Origin: Myxococcales bacterium
GTDB taxonomy: Bacteria; Myxococcota_A; Polyangia; Polyangiales; DASUME01
Direction: 5' to 3'
Assembly: GCA_047601445.1 (NCBI GenBank)
Contig: JASGJH010000001.1
Span: 4,512,001-4,576,000 of the forward strand
Length of the DNA: 64,000 nucleotides
The notes beneath the pieces were generated by a model. That model worked only from the letters and a program-made list of their open reading frames with translations. It did not search any database and was not told where the DNA came from. Numbering within the stretch: position 1 is the first letter of the stretch; each line of letters begins with the position of its first letter. Shown piece by piece: positions 31,637 through 42,007 of this stretch. The translations under genes and the position numbers were made by a program.

Positions 31637-32419
31637 TCACTCGTAGGGGCGGTAAGCGGACAACTGCAACGGGTACGGCACATCATTCGGCAAAGCAGGG
31701 TTACCCACGCCGTAGCCGCTGCCGTTGGTGATACACAAGTGCTCGTCAGCGCGCACCAGCACGCGCCCTCCGTGCATCGCGAGTCCCTCGTTGTTGTGGA
31801 AGAGCGCCGCCGCACTATCCGGCATGGCCACCTGGAGATAGGGTGGCCCCTGGATCGACTTGACCTCGTGGCAGGTCGTGCCCGCGGGCAAGATGTACAC
31901 CCCCTGGTCCGAGTTGTGGCGCACCACGTCGGTGATCACGAGCGGCCCCGCGATGTCGAATAGCCGCAGCCATCCGTAGGTTCCCTGCGCCGAAGTGCCT
32001 TGCCCATAGGTCCAGGCAGCCGTACGCAGATTCCCACCCACCCACTGCTCGGGATCGTCCGAAGCTTGCACCGCCTTCTGAGCGCCCGAGGCGCTGCACA
32101 CGGCGCAGGCTTCCTGAGCTTTTGCATCGCGCGTCATCTCGTGGCTGCCGTCCTGCAGCTCGTGCCCGGCGTCGCGCATGGCATGACCCGCGTCGTGCAG
32201 CGCGTGACCCGCGTCGCTGAGCAAGTGGCCACCCGCGTCGAGCATGGCCATGCCCGAGTCCGCCAGCATCGTGCCCGCGTCCATCAAGACCTCACCGGCG
32301 TCGGCGGTCATGTCACCGGCCGCGTCGACGATGCGGTCGCTGCAAGCGACGGCGAGGCCCGCCGCAGCACCAAGAATGGAGAGCTCGAGCGCGCGTTTAC
32401 GAAACTGCTTGTTGGACAT
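31637..32419 (-). CDS. Lipoprotein with DAG-x4 heptad repeats
   Basis: Lipobox LAVAC; about 10 DAG-periodic repeats. Confidence 0.75.
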   Translation of the reverse strand: MSNKQFRKRALELSILGAAAGLAVACSDRIVDAAGDMTADAGEVLMDAGTMLADSGMAMLDAGGHLLSDAGHALHDAGHAMRDAGHELQDGSHEMTRDAKAQEACAVCSASGAQKAVQASDDPEQWVGGNLRTAAWTYGQGTSAQGTYGWLRLFDIAGPLVITDVVRHNSDQGVYILPAGTTCHEVKSIQGPPYLQVAMPDSAAALFHNNEGLAMHGGRVLVRADEHLCITNGSGYGVGNPALPNDVPYPLQLSAYRPYE

Positions 32420-32608
32420 GGCGCCTTATAGTGGCGATCCACGCTCAGCCACAAGCGCATCGCGCCGCGCACGCCGACGATCACCCCGACTTTCGAAACG
32501 AGCTCGCCGGACCGAGCCTCCGTGCAACGGACGTGTGAACTCGATGGGGCTTTTCCGCGCAAGGCACACTGGTCATGGCTTGGTCTGCGGGTACGCTTCG
32601 GCCCAACC

Positions 32609-34510
32609 ATGCTGAGTGACTCCCCCGCCAGCGTTGCTCGGACCAGGGCGATTTCGCGAACCGTGGTGTGGTCGACCGTGGCGACGGTCCTGGCAGGCGG
32701 CGCCCTCGCCCTCCACGTCCACCACTACTATCCCTACTTCGCCGATGACTCTTTCATCTCCATGCGCTACGCGGAGCGCTTGGCCGACGGCCTCGGTCTC
32801 ACCTGGAGCTCGGGCGACAGGGTCGAGGGCTACTCGAACTTCCTCTGGGTCTTGCTGCTCTCGCTGGGCAAAACCCTGGGCTTCGAGATGTTGGGCTGGG
32901 CGCGCGCGCTCGGCGTGGCGTGCACCGCCGCTGCCATGGCTGCCATTCTCTACGCCCATCGCCCGAGTCGCGTTCAGGAGCTCGGACCTTCCCTGTTCGG
33001 CATGTTGTTGGTGGCAGGCTGCGGGCCGGTCGCGTGCTGGTCCATCGCGGGGCTCGAGCATCCGCTCTTGATCGGCCTACTCTCGTGGGCGCTTGTACTG
33101 AGCGTGCCCTTCACCGAGGCAGACATCTCGCAGCAGGGGCTGCGCCCGCTCTACGTGGGATGTCTGTTCGCGCTCCTGGTGTGGGCGCGCGCGGACGCGG
33201 CACTCTTCCTGGGTTGCGCGGGCTTGGTGCTCGCGCTGTGCGCCAGGCCGTCCATCGCTCGCGTCAAGATGTTGGCCTTGCTCGCCGCACCAGCGGTGTT
33301 GGCGCTCGGCGCGCAGTTCCTCTTCCGTCGCCTCTATCACGACGATTGGCTGCCCAATACCTACTACGCCAAGGTGGCCTACACCGTGGAGCGCTTCAGC
33401 CAGGGCTACCGCTACGTGAGCGACTCCGACTGGCTGGAGCGCGCTCCCTTCATCGTGTTCGCGCTCGGCCTCGTGGCGATTCCCTTCGCGCGCGGCGCTC
33501 GGGCACGCCTCTTGTTGTACTGGCTGCCCTGCTGCACCTGGTTTCTCTACGTGATCGCCATCGGCGGCGACAACATGCCGCAGCGCCGGCACCTGGTGCC
33601 CTTCATCGCACTGAGCGGGTTGATCGGGGCGGAGCTGTTCGCGTGGTTTCAACGAGGCAAGCGCTGGCGCGGCGCGTTGGCCACACTGCTCGCGCTGGGC
33701 CTCCTGTGGCACATGGCGAGCAAGGAAGAGGACAACCCCAGTAAGCGCGCGCGCGGACGTAACTGGGTGTGGGACGGCAAGGCCATCGGCGAGCTCTTGT
33801 ACGAGGGATTCGGCGCGGATCGACCCGTGCAAGCACAACCACTGTTGGCCGTGGACGCCGCCGGCGCGCTGCCCTACTACGCCAAGATCCCCGCGCTCGA
33901 CATGCTCGGGCTCAACGATCGCTTCCTCGCGCATCACCCGCCGCCCACCTTCGGCACCGGTTGGGTGGGCCACGAACTCGGGAACGGCGATTACGTGATG
34001 TCGCGCTTGCCGGACCTGATCGTGTTCGGTCTTCCCAAGGGCCAGGAGCGCGCAGCCTGGCGGGGCGGCAAGGAGATGCAGGCGCGCCCCGACTTCCGCA
34101 GTCGCTACTCCCTCGTGGAGTTCGACACCCACAACTCCGAACGCCTGCGGGCCTTGATCTGGACCCGACGCGAAGGTGGTGCGGTGGGCATCACCCGTAC
34201 GCCCGGGCGAATCCGTGTGCCTGGCTATCAGCTGCACGGCCGCTTCGCGGTGGCGCGGCTGCGCGGGGATCACATGGAGTTGTGGATTCCACGTGCGGGC
34301 AAGGTGGGCACCACGCTCGCACTTCCGGGCGGCCGCTATCGCGTTCACGTCGAGGGCGATGCTTCGCTCACGCTTCAGGTGAGCGGCGCTGGAACATCCC
34401 TCGAGGGTGACGTGTTGAGCCAGAGCACGGCAGGCAATATCAAGCTCGACATCAGCGCTCCGAGTGAAGCTCCCGCGATGCTACGGGCGGTGGTGCTCGA
34501 CGCGCTCTGA
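32609..34510 (+). CDS. GT-C fold membrane glycosyltransferase-like protein (arabinofuranosyltransferase-like)
   Basis: DDSFISMRYAERLADGLGLTWSSGDRVEGYSNFLW, WLPNTYYAK, GGDNMP, AGALPYY, DMLGLND; many TM helices. Confidence 0.8.
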   Translation: MLSDSPASVARTRAISRTVVWSTVATVLAGGALALHVHHYYPYFADDSFISMRYAERLADGLGLTWSSGDRVEGYSNFLWVLLLSLGKTLGFEMLGWARALGVACTAAAMAAILYAHRPSRVQELGPSLFGMLLVAGCGPVACWSIAGLEHPLLIGLLSWALVLSVPFTEADISQQGLRPLYVGCLFALLVWARADAALFLGCAGLVLALCARPSIARVKMLALLAAPAVLALGAQFLFRRLYHDDWLPNTYYAKVAYTVERFSQGYRYVSDSDWLERAPFIVFALGLVAIPFARGARARLLLYWLPCCTWFLYVIAIGGDNMPQRRHLVPFIALSGLIGAELFAWFQRGKRWRGALATLLALGLLWHMASKEEDNPSKRARGRNWVWDGKAIGELLYEGFGADRPVQAQPLLAVDAAGALPYYAKIPALDMLGLNDRFLAHHPPPTFGTGWVGHELGNGDYVMSRLPDLIVFGLPKGQERAAWRGGKEMQARPDFRSRYSLVEFDTHNSERLRALIWTRREGGAVGITRTPGRIRVPGYQLHGRFAVARLRGDHMELWIPRAGKVGTTLALPGGRYRVHVEGDASLTLQVSGAGTSLEGDVLSQSTAGNIKLDISAPSEAPAMLRAVVLDAL

Positions 34511-34929
34511 GCTAGCTCGTGGGTGGCTCACCGAAGGGCTCGAGCGCCGATCGATGGGGGTCCGCCTGCCGAAGTGGTGCCCGATGCACCCTGTGTGTCT
34601 CACCTCATCCCGTTGAGCCGGCTCACAGTCTGGATGGCTCGACGTGCCCATTTGGGGGGCAAGCTCACCGAATTCGCCGACTAGCCTGAACGGGCCGAGA
34701 CGTAGTCATTTGGATTGCAAGTCCGTAGCGGAGTGTGGCCAAGCCAACCAAATGAAAAAAACGAGCTAGATTGGGGGGTTGAACCCAATTTTTTGGTTGG
34801 ACCGGGGGGCATACGCAAATTGACCATGATGAGCTGGTACACGCCAAGGTGGGTTGCAAGCAAGTTTGCTCATCGTGTTTTGTTCATTAGTTTCATATAG
34901 TTGACAGCTAGCCAACCGGGTCACCCCAA

Positions 34930-34951
34930 GCGTGCAATCCGGATTGCACGC
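34930..34951. promoter_or_regulatory. Perfect 22-bp palindrome, putative operator upstream of the diheme protein
   Basis: GCGTGCAATCC|GGATTGCACGC, 24 bp downstream of a TTGACA (34901-34906), in an AT-rich intergenic region. Confidence 0.55.
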
Positions 34952-35022
34952 GACCATGACCCATGTAGGCCGAGATTTACATTCCGAGTCCCTCTTTGGT
35001 GCTCCTAGCATTGGGACCATCT

Positions 35023-38000
35023 ATGGAAGCACCAAGTACACCCAGATACCCAAGGTGGTTGCGTGTGGTCGCCGGTTTGGCGTCCACCGTGACCGTTGCT
35101 TGCGGCGCGGATGATGCTTCGGTGGCGGGGCCTTCTTCGGACCAGATTGCCGACGAGCAGCCAGCAGCCATCGAGGACCATTCCGCCGCGAATCCCGCCG
35201 CTGACCCGTCCGTGGTCGCCACGCTCTATCAGAAGTGGAGTGCTGGGCACGAGGCTCGAGGCGGCGACAACTCCGTCCCCATGCGCCTCGGCTCGTTCCG
35301 AACGCTCACCGCGGATCCTGCCGATGCTGACGGCGTCGCGGTGTTCGACCTGGTCAAGGGTCACGTAGCATTGCAAGTCGACGGCCTCGCAGGCGGCGAC
35401 GTATGGTTGGTCGACAACGCAGACACCAGCTCCGTATTCCCGGACGCCGCCGATAAGATGGTGCGCATCGGGTCGTTGACGCTGGTGGAAGGCGCTGACC
35501 AGTACGCGCTCGACGTCGACTTGGACAAGAATCTCCTGTCGACCTTCAGCATCGACACGGTAGCGATCACCGAGCCGGGCCGGAATCCCATCGAGGCCGG
35601 CGTGCTCTATGGCCGCATGAGCCTGTTCAACCGCATGTACACACAGGAGCGGTTGGCCAAGCTCAACGGTGGCATCCAGAAGAGCAACGACAGGCTGTTC
35701 GTGCCTGCGTTGGCCACGCTCGACGAGTCGGTGGCGCGCGGCTTCGATCTGTTCACCACCGAGACGTTCGGTGGCAACGGTCGTACCTGCTCCACCTGCC
35801 ACAGCGTGGAGAACAACTTCACCATCGATCCCGACTACATCAAGAAGCAGCCCAACAACTCGCCGCTGTTCGTCCACGAGTACAACCCGGCGCTGGCCGG
35901 GCTCGAGGCGCCGCACATGCTGCGCGAACTCGGCTTGGTGCGCGCCAACGTCGACGGCTTCGACAAGCCCGCTCGACTGCGCTCGGTGCCCACCATCCAG
36001 GCGCTCTCTACCAGCATCGTGATCAGCGCCGGCCCCTGCGCGCGCGCACCGATCCCGAACACCGCGCAGTGCGGCTTCCCGCCCAACGTCGGTCCGGTGG
36101 ACCTGCGCGGCAAGCCCATCATGTTCGGACCGCTCTCGAACGCGAAGTTCCGCGAGGGTCTGATCATGGTGGAGAGCACGGGCTGGGGCGGCGACGGCGC
36201 CCCCCACGATGGCTCGCTGCTCAACTTCGCCTTCGGTGCCATCGCGCAGCACATGACCAAGACGCTCAACCGCGTCGCGGGCGTGGACTACCGCTTGCCC
36301 ACCGAGCAGGAAGCCGACGACCTCTTGCTGTTCCAGCTCGCCGTGGGCCGCCAGCAAGACGTGGACACCGACAAGCTCGTGTTCTCGGACACCAAGGTCG
36401 AAGCCGGCCGCTCGCTGTTCGACCACGCGCCCGGTGGCTGCCGCGACGCCAGCGGTGCTCCGCACTGCGGTTGCACCGGCGACGTCAACGGTAACCCCTG
36501 CGGTATCGACGTCCCGTCGACACCCGACGGCGCCGCCTGCGGCGCTTGCCACGACAAGGCCAGCGCCAACAGCGCGCTGCTCGCGCTGCCGAACGTGGTG
36601 AACCGCGTCAGCATCAACTTCGACATCGGCACGGTCTCGCGACCGAACACGGTGGCGCAGCAGAATCGCCACGCAGTACCCGGCGACCGACCCCCTCCCC
36701 ACGGACTGCGGCTTCGGCCGTCTCTCCGCCTCGGAGTTCAAGTCGTTCTGCCACTACATCGTGAGCTTCCCGCCCTACAGCTACAACGCGCCTTGCGAGA
36801 CGGGTCCGGTTCTGCCGCCCTTCGATTGCTTCCGCGCGCCCGGTGCTCCCGAGATCGCTTGCAGCGCTGCCTGCGGCGGTGCCGGACAACCCGCGTGCAA
36901 CGGTTGGGGTCCCAACGTGAAGACCAGCACCCACGTCGACAGCCGCATGCCGATCCACGGCCGCAGCGCGTTCGAGGTGACCACCTGGCCGCTCGGTTGG
37001 TACTTCGCGGAGAAGTCGTGGTGCGACGAGAACTCCTCTTCGCTCCCGCTTCCCATCATCACCGCCGGCATGCCCAGCGAAGCCGTGTGCGAGAGCACCA
37101 TCGGCGACCACATGGAGTGGGGCCCGAGCAACGGTCTCCTCTTCTGCTCCAACAATGCGGGCTGCGCCGCTTATCCCGGCTCCACCTGCGTGAACGGCCA
37201 GTGCACCAACGTGCCGGGCTGCAAGTGCCAGGACAACAGCGCCTGCCGTAACGACTCCTTCTGCTTCCGTCAGCCCGGCAACCCCATCGACGGCTACTGC
37301 CTGGGCCTCGGCACGGCGAAGACCACCTTCGATCCCAACAACCCCGCGCACGTCGCGCGCGCTGCCAACCGCATCATGGTGGAGCCCACTCCGGTGTGGT
37401 CTGCCTTCGGTCGCGTCGGCACGCCTGGCGGCATGCTGCCCCCCGGCGTCCCTGGCGCCAAGGGCGACGCTTGCAATCCGTTCCTGAACGGAACGCCGGC
37501 TGCCGCTGCCAACTGCTTCGGACCGCAGATTTGTATCGCGGGCCCGAACCCCGCCGCGGGCACCTGCGGCCAGAACCCGAACTGGACCGCCCAGAAGCTC
37601 GCCTTCTGCGAGCAGACCCAGCAGTACCCCAACAACGAGCTGCCCTTCGGCTGCTTCCCCGGCAGCCCGAACCCGGCCTGCCAGAGCTGCATTCCCTGGA
37701 ACCCGGCGATCCACCAGGCGTGGGCCGACGGCACCAGCAAGAAGACCCAGCATCGTCCGGTTGGCGTGCCGCCTCCTTGCTTCATCAACGCCGTCACGCT
37801 GCCCTACGAGCGTAACTGCGGCGCCCAGAACCCGCCCTTCACGCCCGGTGCTGGCAACGAAGGTTACGGCGACGGCACGTTCGTGACCCCGCCCCTCATC
37901 GAGGCCGCGGACACGGCGCCCTTCTTCCACAACAACTCGGCTGCCACGCTGGAAGACGCCATCGCCCACTACTCCTCGGCCCACTTCGCCGCCGCCTCCG

Positions 38001-38524
38001 GTGGCAAGTTCCCGAACAACCCCACCAACCTCGAGCCCATCTCGCTCGACACCACGGAGATCGGTCAGATCGCGGCCTACCTGCGCGCCCTGAATGCGGT
38101 CCAGAACATCACGCAGGCCCAAAAGGCTCTTGAGCAGGCGTGGTTCAACCCCACCTCGTTGCCCGGTGACGGCCGTATCGCCTACGCCGACACCGAAATC
38201 CAGGATGCCATCGACGTCCTCAAGGACAGCAAGATCCACATCCACACGCGCGCACGCCTGGTGGTCGCACGCGCGGCGCTCGTGGTGGCCTACGACAGTG
38301 GCCACAGTGAGACCGTGGTGCGTGGCTTGCTGGCGGGTGCGCTGTACCAGCTCGCCCAGGGTCGCGACGACATCGTCTCGTTCAATGGTGATGCCAACGA
38401 GTGGGAGGCCACGCAGTGGATCCCCGACCTCAACGACATCATCAACGGAACCATCGACGGTACCATGCAGACCGCCCAGGAAGAGGCGTTCGAGCAGACG
38501 CTCATCACGCTCTCGGACGACTGA
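35023..38524 (+). CDS. Giant diheme cytochrome c peroxidase/MauG-superfamily lipoprotein with Cys-rich insertion; +1 frameshift at ~36664
   Basis: Lipobox TVAC; FGGNGRTCSTCH and CGACH; TPPLIEAADTAPFFHNNSAATLEDAIAHY C-terminal motif; the two ORFs join into about 1166 aa on removing one A of GAATC 36663-67. Confidence 0.8.
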
Positions 38525-38554
38525 CACCCACACACACCGCGTGACGAACGCGTG

Positions 38555-38594
38555 AAGCGGCGCCCCGGCTCGAGCCTGGGCGCCGTTTCTGTTT
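38555..38594 (+). terminator. Rho-independent terminator-like hairpin
   Basis: GCGGCGCCC...GGGCGCCGT followed by TTCTGTTT. Confidence 0.6.
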
Positions 38595-38640
38595 AAGGCT
38601 GTGTTACCCTTGGCATCGAGCAACGGAGTTGGTGAGAGCG

Positions 38641-39153
38641 ATGACCCAAGAGACCATGCGCGAAGCGCGCCTGACCCCGCGCGAAGAACAGGTCGAACTC
38701 GGCGAAGAGACCGAGGCGCTCTTGACCTTCCGCGTGGGAAGCGCGCTGCTCGGCGTGCCAGCCGAGCTGGTACAGGAGGTCACCGATCGCGGCGAAGCCA
38801 GCCCCATCCCGCTCGCCCCCAAGCACGTGGTGGGCTTGATGCCACTGCGTGGAGAAGCCATCCCGCTGGTGGACATGAACCGCTTCTTGAGCGTGGAGGC
38901 CCAGGCGTCCGACGTGGACCTGGAGCGCCCGCCACGTGTGCTGGTGGTGGCGGCGGAGGGCATGGTCGTCGGACTGTGTTGCGAGCGTGTGATGGGCATC
39001 GAACACGTGCCCTTGTTGGCCCTGGCCCCACCACGCATCCACGCGCACTCGGCGATGGCGCCCTACGTAACCGCTGAGGCAGATCGCGACAGCTCGGTGT
39101 TGGCGCGACTCAATCTCGGTGCGCTCCTGAAGGCCGCTCGCGTCAGCGCGTGA
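38641..39153 (+). CDS. cheW: Chemotaxis coupling protein CheW
   Basis: LLTFRVG...GVPAELVQEV...PIPLAPKHVVGLMPLRGEAIPLVDM. Confidence 0.9.
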   Translation: MTQETMREARLTPREEQVELGEETEALLTFRVGSALLGVPAELVQEVTDRGEASPIPLAPKHVVGLMPLRGEAIPLVDMNRFLSVEAQASDVDLERPPRVLVVAAEGMVVGLCCERVMGIEHVPLLALAPPRIHAHSAMAPYVTAEADRDSSVLARLNLGALLKAARVSA

Positions 39154-39325
39154 AATGGTGCGGCAGAGCCCGCATTTAGCCGTGAATAACCGGTTCGGGG
39201 TGCAAGCTCCAATGCCGTGCCTGAAGCGCGCAAAAACTGCGCAAAAACCGGGTGATCAGTGTCCAAAATGGGGCGTGATCGGCGTATACTCGAGAGCGCA
39301 GCGATACTTTGCCTGAGGGACTCGA

Positions 39326-40117
39326 TTGGCAAGCTACGAAGCCAAACCACTAGTGCTGGTGCTCGATGAACGGGCCGCCGAGTCCGGCCGGGCCTTCGAG
39401 GATCTCGAGAGCAGCTTCACGATCAAGCGCATCGTGTCCGTGATCGGCTGCAACGCGCAGGAGCAAACGCTCGCCGGTGTCGTCCTGCACCTCAGCGCGA
39501 GCGAGACCCGCACCCTCACGCTGCTCAAGCTGCTGCGCGGCCAGCGCGGCGTCGACGCGACCCCCATCTTTCTACTCTGCCAGGCGCCCATCGAACCCCT
39601 CACGCAGGCGGTCCAGAGCGTGCCTGGAGTCGAAGTGCTCGACGTGGCCCGGGCCCATCTGCAGCTGCGAGCGCGCATCCTCACCGCAGCCTCCAGCACG
39701 GGGCGGCGCCTTTCCCAGCCCGACGTGCAGCCGGCGGCTGCCGGCACCCCTCACGAACGTCTGCAGCGCCGCTTCCTGGTGCACAGCGCCGAGCGCGGCC
39801 AACGTGCACTCGCCCTGTGCGACGAGCTGAAGACCAACCACCTGCCCCCTTCGCGCCGAGCCGCCTTGCTCGACGAGGTCAAAGACCTGCTCAACATGAT
39901 GAAGGGCGAAGCCACTATGCTGCGGCTGCGCTCCGTGGCCGAGGTGCTCACCACCGCCGAGACCATCGTCTCCCGTATCGATCAGACGCCCGCCAAGGTC
40001 GTCATGCCCATGGGCGTCCTCGATCTCTTCAGCGACCTCGCTTCGCTCAACGCCAGCGGTGCCAACATCGGATCATTCGACGCCGACATGCATCGAAGTC
40101 GACTGCTCGAGAACTGA
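39326..40117 (+). CDS. Degenerate receiver domain fused to a degenerate Hpt (CheA P1-like) domain
   Basis: TTG start with GAGGGA RBS; REC-like N-terminus (LVLVLDE...VVLHL...TPIFLL); C-terminal LLNMMKGEA aligns to CheA IHTLKGEA. Confidence 0.7.
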   Translation: MASYEAKPLVLVLDERAAESGRAFEDLESSFTIKRIVSVIGCNAQEQTLAGVVLHLSASETRTLTLLKLLRGQRGVDATPIFLLCQAPIEPLTQAVQSVPGVEVLDVARAHLQLRARILTAASSTGRRLSQPDVQPAAAGTPHERLQRRFLVHSAERGQRALALCDELKTNHLPPSRRAALLDEVKDLLNMMKGEATMLRLRSVAEVLTTAETIVSRIDQTPAKVVMPMGVLDLFSDLASLNASGANIGSFDADMHRSRLLEN

Positions 40118-40475
40118 CTCCAGCGATCTTCGCTGGCAAGCCTAGCCCGGGGTTGGCGAGGCTGGCGTGGGCAGCCCGCATGCGGCTTTCGTCGATGAGG
40201 GAGCGAAGATTGCAGCATTCCTCGCGCAGGCGCCGACACAGCGTTCGCGAAGTGATGCCCATGCGTCGAGCGACGCCGTCGACCTCGATCGTGCCGAGAC
40301 GCTGATATCAAAGGTTGGACCAGAGCTCGAGCGACACGGACTGGAGGTCCAACAACCCTCTAGCGCATGGTCTGGCGGAAGCTGCGACCACTTGAGACAT
40401 CAAATACGGCAGTCGAGTCACCCGAGCCGCGGTTAGAAGGAGGACGCCGCAAAGCGTCGGCATGCGAGGACTGCG

Positions 40476-41187
40476 ATGACAGCGATTCGTCTTAGCCTAA
40501 CTATCCGAACGGTTGCGCGAATTCCGCTCCTTGGGCTCGTGTGTTTGGTGGGTATCGCCTGCAGCTCCAAGGAGAAGGCGCCGCAGACGGACGGTTCTGT
40601 CGAGCACGCGCGCGGCGATGGCGATGGCGACGGCGATGGCGACGGAGACGGAGACGTCGGTGGCGACGGAGACCTGGGCGGCGATTCTCGTCGTCCCGCG
40701 GGATTCGGGCGTATGTGGCGCAAACCTGGGCTTCAATCCTCAGGGCTGCGGCTGCGTCGCCGGTGAGAAGGCCTCATGCTGGACAGGCGCCCCCAACAAA
40801 CGCAACGTCGGGAAGTGCAAGGACGGGACGCAGGAGTGCCTCGCCAGCGGCGAGTTTCCCGAGTGGGGTCCGTGCGAGGGCGAGGTCCACGACTGTGGGG
40901 ATCCGCCTCCGCCCGAACCAGAGGGTTGTCCCTGCATTCCGGGTCAAATCATCGGATGCGACGAGGACTGTAAGGCGGGCGTGATCTGTGCACCGTCCTC
41001 CACCAAGGTCTGTCAGCCGGACGGCGTGTTCGGGCCCTGTCGTGAGTCCTTCCTTCCCACGGCGGACACCAATCTATCCGGATGCATCAACCTCTTCCAC
41101 GGCTGCTTCCCGGACAACCCGGAAGGAACCTTCGTTGGAGACTGCAGCAAGTCCTACAAGTGCGGGCACGCTCCCAACGCTATGTAG
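40476..41187 (+). CDS. Cys-rich lipoprotein; +1 frameshift at ~40685
   Basis: Lipobox GIAC, GD tether; the repaired frame continues into CWTGAP...VGKCKDGTQEC...WGPCEGEV, a myxobacterial Cys module. Confidence 0.75.
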
Positions 41188-41206
41188 CTTCGGCGCACCC
41201 GACGCG

Positions 41207-42007
41207 CTGAGGGGATCCTGCCGCGTCTTCGCTTCCCTCCGAGGACTCTGGCTTGGCACTTCATGCCTGCTGGGGTGCGCAATGGAGGCGTCTGCCCCGG
41301 AAGTTGTCGTCCAAAGTTCCCTGCTCGCAGCCCCTGCCGAAGCTGACCACGGGGACCTCTGTGCCGACGTCGGATACGTTCGCGCGTGCTGGGACCGAGC
41401 TGTCGAGAGCGCGCGCTGCCGCGGGGAGACGTGTCTCGTGCCACGCCCCTCGGTCGAGCGCTTCGCCGTGAACGAGTACCGGTGCTCGGGGCAGGGTCCC
41501 CTGCGGGTCTGTGAGCCGCGAGCAAACCAAGCGGGCCCGTTTTCCTGCCACCACGGACGCTGCGTACAGGCGATGCCCCGAACGCCGGATTCGGCCGAGT
41601 GGGCATGCGTCGAAATGGCTGGCGTGGTGTTCTGCAGGTCGTTCGTGGGCGCCGCTGGTGTATCACCAGGAGCGCGAGACCCCGCCTTCCTGTGTGGTCC
41701 GCGCCGCGGGGCGAAGGCGGAGACCATTTGCGTGGATTTCGCGCCGGATCCGCCGCCCGGTAGCGATCCGCAGGTTTGCCAATTTCGCTACGAGTCGGGG
41801 ATCGCCGAGCGAGTGTGTAAAGCCGCTGGCAAGGCAGCGCGGGTCGGGGCTCCCTGCCGTTCGGCAAGCGAATGCCCCTCACCGGCCACGTGTGTGGCCG
41901 GCTCATGCCTACCACCGCGACCACGTCCTGCCTGTTGGCTCGATGAGGACTGCGGCGCCGGGGGCAGTTGTCACTGGGGAACTTGCTTGGAAGCTGGCCC
42001 TCGATGA
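41207..42007 (+). CDS. Cys-rich secreted protein or lipoprotein (start uncertain)
   Basis: LLGC lipobox-like motif; about 30 Cys; stop overlaps the next ATG. Confidence 0.6.
   Translation: MRGSCRVFASLRGLWLGTSCLLGCAMEASAPEVVVQSSLLAAPAEADHGDLCADVGYVRACWDRAVESARCRGETCLVPRPSVERFAVNEYRCSGQGPLRVCEPRANQAGPFSCHHGRCVQAMPRTPDSAEWACVEMAGVVFCRSFVGAAGVSPGARDPAFLCGPRRGAKAETICVDFAPDPPPGSDPQVCQFRYESGIAERVCKAAGKAARVGAPCRSASECPSPATCVAGSCLPPRPRPACWLDEDCGAGGSCHWGTCLEAGPR

Noticed and set aside
34901..34912. TTGACAGCTAGC matches the start of synthetic Anderson promoters
   Set aside because: Only 12 bp match and the rest diverges; treated as coincidence, not vector contamination
40167..40436. 89-aa ORF after the pseudo-Hpt gene
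   Set aside because: No recognisable motif and weak coding signal
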